Notes: generated from the sequence alone by a model not told the origin. A DNA stretch of 64,000 nt from Alloascoidea hylecoeti (GCA_001600815.1 BCKZ01000005.1:319532-383531); one strand, 5' to 3'; positions 47,554 through 59,865 are shown, counted from the first letter of the stretch. Made by a program: numbers and translations.

Positions 47554-50500
47554 TTAAATCCACCCTTCCAAAGCTCTTAAAGCATTAGTCAATCTCCTCT
47601 TCCCTTCTTCTTTCTTGGCATCATCTAAATTCATATCAACAGTTAATCTTGATAATGAATCAATGACTTTTTCAATTAATCTTTTTTCACCATTAGGAAT
47701 ATTAATTTCATCAAATTCTTGACCAACCATTGTACCATCAGTTATTTCAAGTAGCTTCATTACACTTGGATATGAAAATGGACGAAGCTTCTTAGATGTA
47801 GAATGATGATGTCCATGTCCTGCTGTTGTTGATGATTTTGGTCTTTGACTATGACGATGGGATTTTGCTAAACTTACACGTTTTGTCTGTGGTACAGGGG
47901 CAGAATGTCGTTGTGGTTTTGAATTTTCTTTATCTATGGTTTGAACCCCTTCAGATGGTTTCCTAGTGGTAGGTTTAGAATGAGATTTGATTGGAACTAC
48001 ATTTATTTCTTCTGGGATTGATTCAGTTTGAACATCTTTATCTTGTGTTGCACGATTTGTACTCATGTCGGATGATAATGGAGGCGCTGAAGCTATCCTT
48101 CCTTTTGACGAATCGTAAGAGATTTTAGAATTTCTTGAATTTTTAGAATCTTTAGAACTTCGAGAACCGGATTTTGTATAATGTGTATTACCACCTGTAG
48201 ATTGTCTTTCCGGAGTCTTTGTATACACTGAAGTGCCAGCGTATGATTGCGGGGTTTTAGAATTCTTAGAATTCTTGGGAGCGAGACTGTCGGTCACTTG
48301 TCCAACAGGCGTTACTAACTCCTGATCCGAGATTTCCCTATTAATAGTAGTGTTCAAAAAAAGGTCACTCTTTACACCATCTGAATGTTGTTGTTGTTGT
48401 CTTTCACTTTCAAAATCAATTTCTCGTAATTGTTCTTCGGATATACGATCTTGTAGCATTTGAGTACTCAATGTAGGTCTGAATAATGGTGTTGGTGGTG
48501 GTAATGTATCATCTTCACTTTCTAATTGTGACCTAACAATTTCAGATTCTCTTAATAATTCACTTCTATCCCGTTCTAACCTGTCTATATCCATTTGTCG
48601 TTCAGATTCACTAACATATCTATCAGCTGTATGATAACTTGCTAAAGAAGAAGTATCTGTAATCGCAGTTTCAGCTAATGATCGTTGTCGGTTATGCGGA
48701 GGACGGGTTCTCATCTGCCTTAATTTTTGTTGTGAATCATGGGTATAACTAACATAGCTGGTTAGAGAATTCTTTGAAGGGCTTGGGATTCTATATCCGT
48801 CATTTACATTTATTGAGGTATCAGAAATAACTGAATTAACATGGGTTTTAGATCTTTGAGGTGATGTTTCTCTAAAATCTTTTTTAAATAAATCTGAATT
48901 ATTTTTTAAATCAAGTTCAGCTTTAAATGCTTTATTTGTTGGTACTGTTTTTAAATATCTATTCATTGAATATGATTGATCTTTATTTATAGAATCAAAT
49001 GATTGATAATGGGTTGAATTATTTTTTAAAGTTGATGAAGTTAATGGTAATTTTGTTGATGGTGGAATGGGATCTTTATCTTTTGATGAAGAAGAAAGAT
49101 TTAAAGATCTTGTGGGAGAAACATCCCTTATGTTTAAATTTTTGCCAATTTGATTTGAATTTGTTTCATCTGATGTAATATAAGACATTTCCTTATAATT
49201 ATTATTGTAAGATGCATCTCCTATTGTAACGCCGCGTGCCTGCCGTTGGGTTCTCTCATCTGATATCACATTAATATTTGATTCTTCTTTTGGATGGTCA
49301 TCTAGAACAACAATAATTTCACGACTGTTTAATGGAGTTGTTACTTTTGGGTCAGGTAATTTTGAGGAAGTGACAACAACTGGCGTTTTCGGAGCAGTAT
49401 ACACATTCGTGGCATTAATTGTATTCCCACGTGTAGGGGAATATCCTTTAACCGTTTCAATCGTTGCCGTGCTTTCAAGAGGGTTTTCGGCTGTCAACAT
49501 TGGATCTAGTTGCATTTTGTTGAAAGTTTTAATATCAGCAGGAGAGTCAATAGCTGAAACATTATCTCCTTCAGTAGAACCTGTTGAATGAATACTAGCT
49601 GTTATGGAGTGTATTGACATTGATTTATCCAATTTTCCTTTAATACTACCTCCAAATGACCCACGACCTTGATTATAACTATGAGTTGGTACTTTAGGAG
49701 TTGTTATGCTATATCCAGTTGCTCCTACTGGTGGATTATCATAATTGGAAGATGCTCTAGTAAAAGCTGATGATCCTGTAGAAATGCCAGAAAGTCCAGA
49801 AGCTCCAGAAGCAATTCTAGGAGCATCATGTTTTGAATATTGATGCTCAACCTGTTTATTTTTAACATGAATTTTTTTCACTTTAATTTGACCATTGTGA
49901 TCATATTTATAAGAAGAAGCTGATTCTCCACTCTCCAATGAACCAGGTTTGTTGTAATTGATTGGTGAATGTTCTTGTTCATTGGAATGATCACTGTTTT
50001 GTTCTCCATAATCAAGCATCACCAATCGTTGTGGCCTAATGCCATCTTCAGCATCAGATATCACTTCATAATTTGTAATGTTTGAAATAATAGATCGGCG
50101 TATCCCCATTGGAGAACTAGCAGCTGATTCATCATCATAATTTAAATATGGTTTTTGGAGTAATTCTCCATTAAACGATTTATCCGAATAAGCACTTTTA
50201 CTTCTTAAATGAGATTTGAGTTTGGGTGTTTGAGGCGGATAGTGGGATGCAGAGATATCAGTCAATAATGACCTATCAGATAAGGTACTTTGCGATCTTC
50301 CATGTTTCCCTGGACCCATATTAACAGGTTTGGTTGGATTGTTTGGTGTGATTATCCTATAGCTATTACTCATGGTGTTGCTTGAGCTCCCTTGTGAAAG
50401 TGATGGCTCTGGCGTGTTGTTGTATTGGCGATCCTCTTCAAGTACCAATGCTGATATTGGGTTTGAGGCTGAAGGCCGCAAATTACCAACTTTTGGGCCC

Positions 50501-51081
50501 CTTTTGTACTCTTTTGGAATACTAACATCACTTTTATCAATGCTTGATCTGCTATTGAAGTTACTTGAGGCGGTTTCATATAGAGTTTTAGGAGGTGATG
50601 AAATAGATGCACTGGATGCACTCAAGTTTTTATGAAAAGCTAAATCAGAAGGATAAAATCGCGTTCTACTGGAATTAGGTCTAGTGGAATTTATAGGTAT
50701 AGCACCAAGGTTACCATTGCCGTCGATAGATTTCATCTCTTCATGATCAGAAACTGCTTCAAGGACTTCGCCCGAACTTGAAAATGTATCAATCATTTTT
50801 GTTAATTGCTGAAAAGAAACAGATTTGCGCGCGGACTCACTTTTCGTAGCTTTATTGTAGTTGGAAGTCGGTAAACTGTCAACGGCCTCAGTATCAAGAG
50901 AGACCCGATTATCACCTGTATACTTTAGAGTTGAAGGACTCGAGGTCCGCTGAGAAGAAGTAGATCCTTCTCTTAGTTTATCCTCTGAATAGCTAAATTG
51001 TTGGTTCCTATCACCAGCCTCCTCTGCAACATTCACAGAAGAGATATGGCTTTCGTAATCATCGTCTTTTAAACCCGTCAT
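47554..51081 (-). CDS. NBA1: Large Ser-rich low-complexity protein with Nba1-like C-terminal domain
   Basis: C-terminal PFSY..LLEITDG..GQEF...EKRLIEKVIDSLSRLTVDMNLD...RRLTNALRALEGW as recalled for Nba1 homologues; near NUF2, HST1/SIR2 and SDH5, its S. cerevisiae neighbours. Confidence 0.65.
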   Translation of the reverse strand: MTGLKDDDYESHISSVNVAEEAGDRNQQFSYSEDKLREGSTSSQRTSSPSTLKYTGDNRVSLDTEAVDSLPTSNYNKATKSESARKSVSFQQLTKMIDTFSSSGEVLEAVSDHEEMKSIDGNGNLGAIPINSTRPNSSRTRFYPSDLAFHKNLSASSASISSPPKTLYETASSNFNSRSSIDKSDVSIPKEYKRGPKVGNLRPSASNPISALVLEEDRQYNNTPEPSLSQGSSSNTMSNSYRIITPNNPTKPVNMGPGKHGRSQSTLSDRSLLTDISASHYPPQTPKLKSHLRSKSAYSDKSFNGELLQKPYLNYDDESAASSPMGIRRSIISNITNYEVISDAEDGIRPQRLVMLDYGEQNSDHSNEQEHSPINYNKPGSLESGESASSYKYDHNGQIKVKKIHVKNKQVEHQYSKHDAPRIASGASGLSGISTGSSAFTRASSNYDNPPVGATGYSITTPKVPTHSYNQGRGSFGGSIKGKLDKSMSIHSITASIHSTGSTEGDNVSAIDSPADIKTFNKMQLDPMLTAENPLESTATIETVKGYSPTRGNTINATNVYTAPKTPVVVTSSKLPDPKVTTPLNSREIIVVLDDHPKEESNINVISDERTQRQARGVTIGDASYNNNYKEMSYITSDETNSNQIGKNLNIRDVSPTRSLNLSSSSKDKDPIPPSTKLPLTSSTLKNNSTHYQSFDSINKDQSYSMNRYLKTVPTNKAFKAELDLKNNSDLFKKDFRETSPQRSKTHVNSVISDTSINVNDGYRIPSPSKNSLTSYVSYTHDSQQKLRQMRTRPPHNRQRSLAETAITDTSSLASYHTADRYVSESERQMDIDRLERDRSELLRESEIVRSQLESEDDTLPPPTPLFRPTLSTQMLQDRISEEQLREIDFESERQQQQHSDGVKSDLFLNTTINREISDQELVTPVGQVTDSLAPKNSKNSKTPQSYAGTSVYTKTPERQSTGGNTHYTKSGSRSSKDSKNSRNSKISYDSSKGRIASAPPLSSDMSTNRATQDKDVQTESIPEEINVVPIKSHSKPTTRKPSEGVQTIDKENSKPQRHSAPVPQTKRVSLAKSHRHSQRPKSSTTAGHGHHHSTSKKLRPFSYPSVMKLLEITDGTMVGQEFDEINIPNGEKRLIEKVIDSLSRLTVDMNLDDAKKEEGKRRLTNALRALEGWI

Positions 51082-54000
51082 TTGTCAATCATATGCAACT
51101 GACCGAGTAATATGGAGAACACTATTGTATACAAATTGTAAATTGGAGTTGACCTTTGTGCGTCCGTTTTCTTTGTGAACGGCCGTGACTAATTTTGAGA
51201 TGAGGTCCTTAGTCGCTGGAAGAGAAATGTTTTTCCTTCGATTATGTTTTGTGTAAATTCGATATTTCAGCTTATAATTATTCCCAACAAGGCAAGGGGT
51301 CGCATTAATATATGAAAATTGATGTTGGGACAACCAGAAATTACATCTTCATGCAATTGAAATTGAAGCAAGTAGCAATTGGGGTTTAAAAACACCTCTA
51401 CATTTATCTGCTCTTTCTTGAATATAATTGTCATGCACTCCATTATATTTCCGGAAATAACGTTATAATTATAGTTAAATATAGCTGTTTCTTTCTTTTT
51501 TATGTCACGCATTCGTTACGTTACAAAGTGCTTGATATTCCTATAAGTCAAATATAGCTATAAGAAAAAATATATTGCAATTGAGACTCATTAACTAAAA
51601 TTTGCAATTGTGTATGGTGATTTATCATAATATTATTGATGAGAACAAGTTTAAAACAAATTAAACCCATCTTCTAGCTATAAATACAGACACGTTAGCT
51701 AGAGAAGTTTATTGTTCTTAAGCTTGCTTGATAAACATAGTTATAGGCCATGGATTATTTACATATCTACAGAGCGCTTAAGTTAACATTACGTGGTCTT
51801 TAATAGTTATCGAGAGCTGATGTTTGATTAATATTAATATTGCTAAAAGTATGAAGATTCCAATTTAAACTTTCTATTAATTTGTAGTGATTTTGTACTG
51901 TTTATGGGTGGGTTGTCTAAATATATCGAGTATATAGAGAAACCGTTTTGTTTATTAACATAAGACTATCTAGCTTTGTTTAATTTTATTGCATAAACCT
52001 TATAACTTACACTTTCTATTTCAATGTTAATATGATGTTAAAGTTATTGTGGTGAACAAGAAACATATAAAAGATTATGATAATAAACGAAAAGACCGGA
52101 TATAAAAAAGACAACTATATTAATATTTCTTTAGACCGGAGTATATATATAATGTTTTTAGCTAGTATAGTAGTGTAGTTGGACATTAATACTTCTACTG
52201 GAACAAACAGCAACAGACATTGTAGCTTTGTATTAACCAAATACATAACTCATAAAATCAATTAATGGGCTAATAACTAGTTATTTGGAGATTTTATTTA
52301 AGTAAAATAGGATGGGGAACAAATGATCTGAATTCCCTCAATTTTTCAACCATTTTATAATCTATAAATCAACATGCATAAAGCTTACTTCTTATTTGGA
52401 TTCCAGATATATAATTTTCATTCTTCTCAAGAATAGAATTTGAATGAAATAAAGGACTTGAATTCAAAGACATTATTAGTTCCAAGAAATTTATACTCAG
52501 TTAGGTAATAATACCAGTAAGTTGTAGTCTGTAGATTTTTTATCACCAGAAACTCTAATTCCATACCATTTCTATGGATATTAGTACCAAAGTACTTTTG
52601 TTTGTACCTTTAATAATGTTCCTCATTTTCAAACCAGTAATCGGCTCATCTGGTTGAAGATCCATTTTAATAATTTCCTTCAATATATTTAGCAATATTA
52701 GAATGCATGATTCCACTATAGGTAACACTCCTTTACCATCCCACTATTTAGCACCATTAACTATGATATCTGTAACAGATACAGAAATAAAAGGACATTT
52801 CTCATTATTTATAAAAGTGGTGGTATCATCCCTGGTGTACTTCTTGGAGCTTGATTTAACACACTTTACGATTACTGGGTTAGATCTATATATATTCATT
52901 AAGATTAAAGAATTTATTATTCACGGTATCTTTTCTATATATTCCAAATTTGGAGCTTACTGATCCGGGAATATCTGTTGGTTGTAATGGAGGAGAGGCG
53001 GATTTTACAAAAATATGAACGGATATTGCAGGATTATCATGTTTAAAGTAAAAGATAAATAAATGAACGGAACCTTATAATTAATTTTGCAATTGATAAA
53101 TAAAAGAAAAATAGTAAATACTTAGATGTATAGTGGTAGAATATAAATTAAAATCATATGTGTGTGTGTCAAACTCTTTTAATTTTTTTTTTTTTTTTAC
53201 AAAAATTTTAAGGACGTCTTTCTTTGAATTTTGCTAGTAAGGTTTATATATTAGGTCTGACCATATCAAATTTCTCTGGTATTATTATAACTCTTTCCAA
53301 TTAACTAAATGATGAATTATTGGGCTATTATTTTAGCTTTATGGTATACCTACCTGATTTTACTTAATTGAGTTACTTATTTTTATTTTCATTCCACAAC
53401 ACATGAGATATGTAATCTTTGTGTATATCAGCGTTATGGTAAAATATTAAGACTCATTAAATTCAATCAGGCCTGGGTTATATTAATCAAATTATTTAAT
53501 ATTCTGATGGTTATAATATTTGAAATGATCATTTGTTACTTGAAATGGTTAAAAAGTATAAGTACATTTTACTATATTCCTAAAAAAAAAAAAAAAAAAA
53601 AAAAAAATCAACTTATTATTACCATACACAAGAAAATTATGTTTTAAAAGAAATTCTATGCTTGGCTTTTCAACTATAGTTAGTTCAATATGTTAGTCTG
53701 ATAATTTGTTTATGACATTTTGAATTTTTCAGCTGTGTGTGAATAAATTGAATAAATGAAGCTAACCCCCTTTATTTTTTTCAATTAGATGGTTACGGGT
53801 ATTGATTATTTTGAATATTGATTATTGAATGTGATGGGTGAATTACTTGTTAATTAAAAAAGATTATGTTACACAAAAAGACGAAGCTTAAGATGAATAT
53901 ATTCTTCGGTATATATTGATATCTATTTATTAAAGTTTACTTAACTCTTTAGAAAGATCTATTTATGAGATTCTTGTCTGTATATCATTTTTAATATTAG

Positions 54001-54573
54001 TAGGAATACAAGGCAAGTACGTAGAATGTGATATGATGAACCAAAGGTGAAGTTAAGCTTAAGGTTGACACGTGCAGAGAATCACTGTTATATTGTAATT
54101 CGCTCATCTGTATCATATCTGTAACGTTAACGGTAAGAGCTAGCTAATTAAGATGTGTCTTTTTTTTAAATTAAATAATTGTAAGAGTTAAGCAAAAAAT
54201 AGAAACAATATATTAATAAAATAATATAAATAGCCTATATCATATATACACAGATAATCATCACGATAAAATTAAATTAACAATAAACCGGAAACGTAAC
54301 ACATCATGAGGAAACATAAATTATATAAAAATAAAAATAAAAAAATAAAAGGAGTCAATGGCGAATTTGAAGTTCAATAATAATAATATTGACATTTTCA
54401 CGGGCTTTAGCACGATAATTAATATAAATAAACATAACAAGATAACAGCATATATAATCACAGGCAAAAGAGATAATTAATTAATTGTAGGTAGTAAGTT
54501 TTTGATAAGGAAAGCGGATGAGTTAATTGTTAATTATTAATTGTTAATTGTTAATTATAATTATTAAATAAAT

Positions 54574-55608
54574 TTAATGAGTAAGTTCTTGTAAAGAAAT
54601 AATTCTTGCTGTATCATCATTTTGAACAGGAGGATGTGGGTTTGAACTACCAGATTGAACTTGTTCAGCAATATTATCCATAGCATTTGCACTTGGCATA
54701 AATATAACTTTTGAACCAGCAGTTTTAGCCATTGCTTGCATTGCATCAAGATATCTAATTTGCATAGCAGCTTTTGAAGCTAAAATATCAGCAGCTTTTC
54801 TCATTAATTTTGCACTTTCAACTTCAGCTCTTGCAGCAATAATTTTACTTTCACCAATTCTTTTACTTTGAGCAGCCATTGATAAAGATTCTTGTAAATC
54901 TTGAGATAAAACTAAATCTTTAATTAATATACTTTCAACTCGAACACCCCAACCAACAGCAGTTTCATCAATAATTTCACGGATTGAAGTTGCAACTTCT
55001 TCACGTCTTTCAATAACATCTTGTAAATTTCTTGCACCAACGACATGTCTAAGAGTTGTTTGAGTTCTTTCTTCTAAAGCTTGAGCAACATCAGAAACAC
55101 CAAATACAGCTTTATGAGGAGCAACGATATGATAATATAAAACTGAAGTTAATTGAAGATTAACATTATCTTTTGTCATACAAACTTGTCTTGGAATTTC
55201 TTTCATTTGAATTTTAACTTCAACTCTTTTTAAAGATTCAGAAATTGGATTAACTCTAATAAGACCAGGATCAACAGCTTTATAAAATTGACCAAATCTA
55301 CTAATTAAGCCAACAGTACCTTGTTGAACTTCTTTAAAAGGATTTGGACAACAAAAACAACATGGAATAGCACCCATTACACCAACACAATTACCAATAC
55401 CATTCATAAAAGCACCATATAGACCATCTTCTGGTACAGGCATTTCATATGCATAAGCGGCTTGTAAATCAGATTTTTTAATTCTTTCAACACCTACAAC
55501 GGGTTCAGGTATTGGTTTTAAACCATCAAGTTTATGATCGACATCTTGTGAAGTTGTAGCGCTTTTATTGATTCCGAATTCGTCTTGAAGACTGAGATTG
55601 TCACTCAT
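54574..55608 (-). CDS. Stomatin/SPFH (band 7) family protein
   Basis: CCFCCPNPF, QVCMTKDNV, EERTQTTLRHVVGAR, WGVRVESILIKD, AAMQIRYL. Confidence 0.93.
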   Translation of the reverse strand: MSDNLSLQDEFGINKSATTSQDVDHKLDGLKPIPEPVVGVERIKKSDLQAAYAYEMPVPEDGLYGAFMNGIGNCVGVMGAIPCCFCCPNPFKEVQQGTVGLISRFGQFYKAVDPGLIRVNPISESLKRVEVKIQMKEIPRQVCMTKDNVNLQLTSVLYYHIVAPHKAVFGVSDVAQALEERTQTTLRHVVGARNLQDVIERREEVATSIREIIDETAVGWGVRVESILIKDLVLSQDLQESLSMAAQSKRIGESKIIAARAEVESAKLMRKAADILASKAAMQIRYLDAMQAMAKTAGSKVIFMPSANAMDNIAEQVQSGSSNPHPPVQNDDTARIISLQELTH

Positions 55609-56426
55609 TGTTCAAATACTTTTGATTATTAAAGATATATTACAAATACGAGGAAAGATAGGAGATCAAGATCTTATATAGTCGCCTGGTAACGCGGCCA
55701 CCCCAATTGTATGAGACAAGTCGGTCACACTCTGAACTTTACTAAACTATAACCTTCGCTCACTTCAAAATATTAACAGAGAGTGGCTGTGTCTTCCTGG
55801 ATAGTATTTGGTATCAATTTAGTGGCATATTAAATCCCTCTCATTGATCCAAACTGCCTCATTGCAGACTCACAATGACTGAGAACCCGATGATTTGCCT
55901 GACTCGGACACGTTTCCTGCCAGATACCATGGTAGTCACGAATCATTTTATTAGTCCTTTTTACGAACCTCGGCAAACGCTAGCCCCCTCGGATTAGGCC
56001 ACTGCTTATGATGTAAGCATCCCGTGTGTGTGCAACGATATAAAAAAAAAACACAAGCCTCGTTTCATTGTGGGACGGTGATCCTCCGTGGGGCCCGTGC
56101 TATCCATAAGCGGAGAACGCAGTTACATAATGCCTGACTAAGGCAGCCCACGAGCCATGTTTCCATTGCACTGCTAGTGAACGTGCATAAAAGTAGATTA
56201 CGTAATAACCAACAAGCAAAAAAAGAAGAGAGGATGTCTGGAGTTTTGATGTTGTTGTTTTTTAACCTCTTCAAACAAATATTTTTTCTTGGATTAAAAT
56301 AATTTATTTCTCGTTTTTTCTCTCGTAAATTTAAGAGACAAGGATCCTAAAAATAAATATAATATTTTTATTTTCATTTTCATTTTTGTTTTCATTTTCA
56401 TTTTCATTTGTTTTATCTCCTATTAT

Positions 56427-57266
56427 ATGATGATGTCAACACCAACAACAATAACGACGATGGGGCCAATACTTTTGATTTTGATTTTCACTTTATTTCA
56501 ATCGACAGTAGTTAAAGCAGATGGAACTATTTTGGGAACATGGTCATCAAAATCAAATACCGTTTTTACAGGACCCGGATTTTATGATCCAGTTGACGAA
56601 CTATTAATTGAACCGGATTTACCTGGTATAAGTTATTCTTTCACCGAAGATGGGTACTGGGAAGAAGCTTTATACGTAGTTACAGCAAATCCAAGAAGAC
56701 CCCAATGCCCAACAGCAGTGTTGATTTTTCAGCATGGGACTTATCAATATTTATCAAATGGTTCGTTAGTTTTAATACCTTTTGAATCCGATGGAAGACA
56801 ATTATTAAGCGATCCTTGCGGACAAGGGATTGAGTCTGTTTATTCGAGATATTCACAGCAAGAATTAATGTCGTCATTTATGGTATCTATTGATAAGTAT
56901 CATGGAAGATGGAAATTAAACCTCTATGAATGGGATGGAAATCCAAAGCAACCAATGTACCTGGCGTACAGACCACCGATGATGTTACCAACCGAAGCTC
57001 TGAACCCAACATCACAAGCGCAACTCGACAAAGCGAACAGACAAACTGCAGCGAAAGGATCATTTGGGGTGACCGGAGGAGACGCGACTACGAACGGCGA
57101 GACGACCGCAGTCAAAAAAAGAGACGGACTAAGGGAACGTGTCCGACGGTCGCTCGAAAACCGGAATAGAACAAGCGCACGAAAAACGGAACAGAGCGCA
57201 GATTACATATGGTGGGGAGGCATTGGCATGGTGATCATCGGAGCGGTGACTATGCAAGTGGTATAG
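56427..57266 (+). CDS. ROT1: ER membrane chaperone Rot1
   Basis: Signal peptide; GTWSSKSNTVFTGPGFYDPVDELLIEPDLPGISYSFT; MYLAYRPPMMLPT; C-terminal TM segment. Confidence 0.95.
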   Translation: MMMSTPTTITTMGPILLILIFTLFQSTVVKADGTILGTWSSKSNTVFTGPGFYDPVDELLIEPDLPGISYSFTEDGYWEEALYVVTANPRRPQCPTAVLIFQHGTYQYLSNGSLVLIPFESDGRQLLSDPCGQGIESVYSRYSQQELMSSFMVSIDKYHGRWKLNLYEWDGNPKQPMYLAYRPPMMLPTEALNPTSQAQLDKANRQTAAKGSFGVTGGDATTNGETTAVKKRDGLRERVRRSLENRNRTSARKTEQSADYIWWGGIGMVIIGAVTMQVV

Positions 57267-57528
57267 GCATACATACAAATATACAATACAACTTTTGCTT
57301 TTGAGGCTTGCTCGAGCCGGCCGTGGGGGGGTAACCAACCTTATTCAGGGCCTGACGTGTGCGGCCGCGTGCAGCAGAGCCTGCCGGATTGGGACCGTTT
57401 CTGCGCGATGAAGGCACGGCCGCCGCATCTTCGCAGCCTACATAGTTCCCCTCCTTCATGTGATTGTCGCAAGTATATAAAACTTTGGGACTTCCCTCCC
57501 GTTCTGGAGACCTCTGCAAACAGGAACA

Positions 57529-59739
57529 ATGCAAACCTCCTACTCCCCGGACGTCCAGGCCCGTGTCAAGTCCTACCCGTCGCTGCCCCCCCCCGGCGTG
57601 ACAGCAAGCACCCCAATTCTCTCTGCCTACTCTCCCCAGATCTTCGATGCATCTGACTCAACCAGGAAACAAGCCGTTCCCCTGCCCAATTCGGCCCAAA
57701 AGGGCTACTCTTCAATCTACAGAAACGTCCGGTCCGTGGACCATTTGTCAAGCGTGCCGCATCCGGACATCTCCACGGCCTACGACGCTTTTGTGCTGTC
57801 CTCTGCAAACTTCTCCGACAGAAACTGTATCGGGGAAAGAACTCTGGACCCTGTTTCCGGCGAATGGTCTGCTGAGTACTCTTATCTGTCTTATTCGGAA
57901 GTCGCCCGCCAGAGAGACCTATTCGGCTCCGGCTTGACCCATCTGATCAACGATGTTCATAAGATTAAGGCTTCCAATGATGAAAATCAATTCGCCCTCA
58001 CCATTTATGCCCCCAATAGAGTTCATTGGGGCATCACTGATTTAGCGGCCCAGGCTTATTCTTTTGTTTCTGTCTCCTTATATGATACTTTAGGTCCTGA
58101 TACTTCTGAATATATTTTAAATTTAACTGAAAGTCCTGTTATTGTTTGTTCTTTGGATAAAATTCCTATCATTTTAAAATTAAAACCAAAATTACCTTTT
58201 TTAAAAATTATTATTTCAATGGATAGTTTAAACAATCAATTTGATAAATCTGGTCATTCAAAAAAAGATTTATTAAATCATTGGTCAAAAACTGTTGGCA
58301 TTGATTTATATGATTTTGATGAAGTTTTAAAATTAGGTGGAAAAAATCCAAAACAACATATTAAACCAAATCCTGAAACTTTGGCAACTCTTTCTTTTAC
58401 TTCTGGTACTACTGGTCCACCAAAAGGTGTTCAAATTTCTCAAGGTAATTTAGCTGCTGCTATTACAATGTGTCTTAATTCAATGTGTGCTGATATGAAT
58501 GATCATAAATATGTCTTTTCTTTATTACCATTAGCTCATATATATGAAAGAGTTTGCTTTTTAATGTCTGTTAGTTGCGGATGTACTGTTGGTTTCCCAC
58601 ATGGTTTATTAACTGAATTATTTGATGATATTAAAATTTTTAAACCAACTCATTTTAATGCTGTACCAAGATTATATAATAGAATTGAAAATGCTTTAAA
58701 AGAAGCAACTGTTGAAAAAGATGGTTTAGCTGGTACAATATCAAGATATGCAATTGAAGCAAAATTAGCAAAAATTAAAGAAAATGGTGAATTTAGACAT
58801 TTATTTTGGGATTTTGTTTGGTCAAGAAAATTAAGAAATAAAATTGGTTTTAGTAGATTAGAATTTTTATCAACTGGTTCTGCTTCAATTGCTCCTGAAA
58901 CTGTTGATTTTATTAAATCTGCTTTAAGTGTTGATTTTTGTCAAGGTTATGGATTAACTGAATCAATGGCTGGTATTTCTCTTGCTTGGCCATCTGATAA
59001 ATTAACTGGTCCATGTGGTCCAATTGCAATTACAACTGAAATGAGATTAAGAGATGTTCCTGAAATGAATTATACTGGTAAAGATAAACCATGGCCAAGA
59101 GGTGAAGTTCAATTAAGAGGTCCACAAATCTTTAAAGGTTATTTTAAAAATGAAGAAGAAACTAAAGCTGCATTAGATCCTGATGGTTGGTTTTCAACTG
59201 GTGATGTTGGTTCAATTGATGATGAAGGTAGACTTCGAATTATTGATCGTGTTAAAAATTTCTTTAAATTAGCTCAAGGTGAATATATTGCACCTGAAAA
59301 AATTGAAAATAAATATCAAAGTTATAATCCTTTAATTTCTCAAATTTATTTACATGGTGAACCATTAGAAACTTATTTAGTTGCAATTATTGGTATTGAT
59401 CCAGTACAATTATCCCAGTTTTTAAAATTAAAACATCATGAATCAATTCCTCCTAATGATTTATATAATTTAAAAGAATTTTCTTCATCACCAAAAATAC
59501 GAAAATCATTAATTGAACATTTTAATGAAAATATAATTCCTGCAAAATTATTAAAATTTGAACAAATTAAAAATATTTATATTGATTTTGAACCATTAAA
59601 TATAAATAATGGTACTTTAACTCCAACTTTAAAAGTTAAAAGACCTGTTGCTGGGAAAGTATTTAAAGATATTATTAAAACTTTATATAAAGAAGGTCCA
59701 CTTGTTGGTGGAAGTGATAAAAAAGGTGTTAAATTATAA
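57529..59739 (+). CDS. FAA2: Long/medium-chain acyl-CoA synthetase, Faa2-like, probably peroxisomal
   Basis: SFTSGTTGPPKGV, LPLAHIYER, QGYGLTES, DGWFSTGD, IIDRVKNFFKLAQGEYIAPEKIE; ends in PTS1-like VKL. Confidence 0.88.
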   Translation: MQTSYSPDVQARVKSYPSLPPPGVTASTPILSAYSPQIFDASDSTRKQAVPLPNSAQKGYSSIYRNVRSVDHLSSVPHPDISTAYDAFVLSSANFSDRNCIGERTLDPVSGEWSAEYSYLSYSEVARQRDLFGSGLTHLINDVHKIKASNDENQFALTIYAPNRVHWGITDLAAQAYSFVSVSLYDTLGPDTSEYILNLTESPVIVCSLDKIPIILKLKPKLPFLKIIISMDSLNNQFDKSGHSKKDLLNHWSKTVGIDLYDFDEVLKLGGKNPKQHIKPNPETLATLSFTSGTTGPPKGVQISQGNLAAAITMCLNSMCADMNDHKYVFSLLPLAHIYERVCFLMSVSCGCTVGFPHGLLTELFDDIKIFKPTHFNAVPRLYNRIENALKEATVEKDGLAGTISRYAIEAKLAKIKENGEFRHLFWDFVWSRKLRNKIGFSRLEFLSTGSASIAPETVDFIKSALSVDFCQGYGLTESMAGISLAWPSDKLTGPCGPIAITTEMRLRDVPEMNYTGKDKPWPRGEVQLRGPQIFKGYFKNEEETKAALDPDGWFSTGDVGSIDDEGRLRIIDRVKNFFKLAQGEYIAPEKIENKYQSYNPLISQIYLHGEPLETYLVAIIGIDPVQLSQFLKLKHHESIPPNDLYNLKEFSSSPKIRKSLIEHFNENIIPAKLLKFEQIKNIYIDFEPLNINNGTLTPTLKVKRPVAGKVFKDIIKTLYKEGPLVGGSDKKGVKL

Positions 59740-59783
59740 ACAAAAAAAAGAAAAATTTATTATAATTTACATTTATTTTTTAT

Positions 59784-59830
59784 ATTTTATTATTTTAAAT
59801 TTTATTATTTTAAATTTTATTATTTTAAAT
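59784..59830. repeat. 15-bp AT-rich tandem repeat, three copies
   Basis: attttattattttaa repeated three times 3' of the FAA gene. Confidence 0.8.
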
Positions 59831-59865
59831 TTTAAATTTTTTTATTTGTTGCAAAATAATCTTAT

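Noticed and set aside
56924..57937. Many overlapping short ORFs in alternative frames and strands
   Set aside because: By-product of the local high GC (few stop codons) over ROT1 and FAA2
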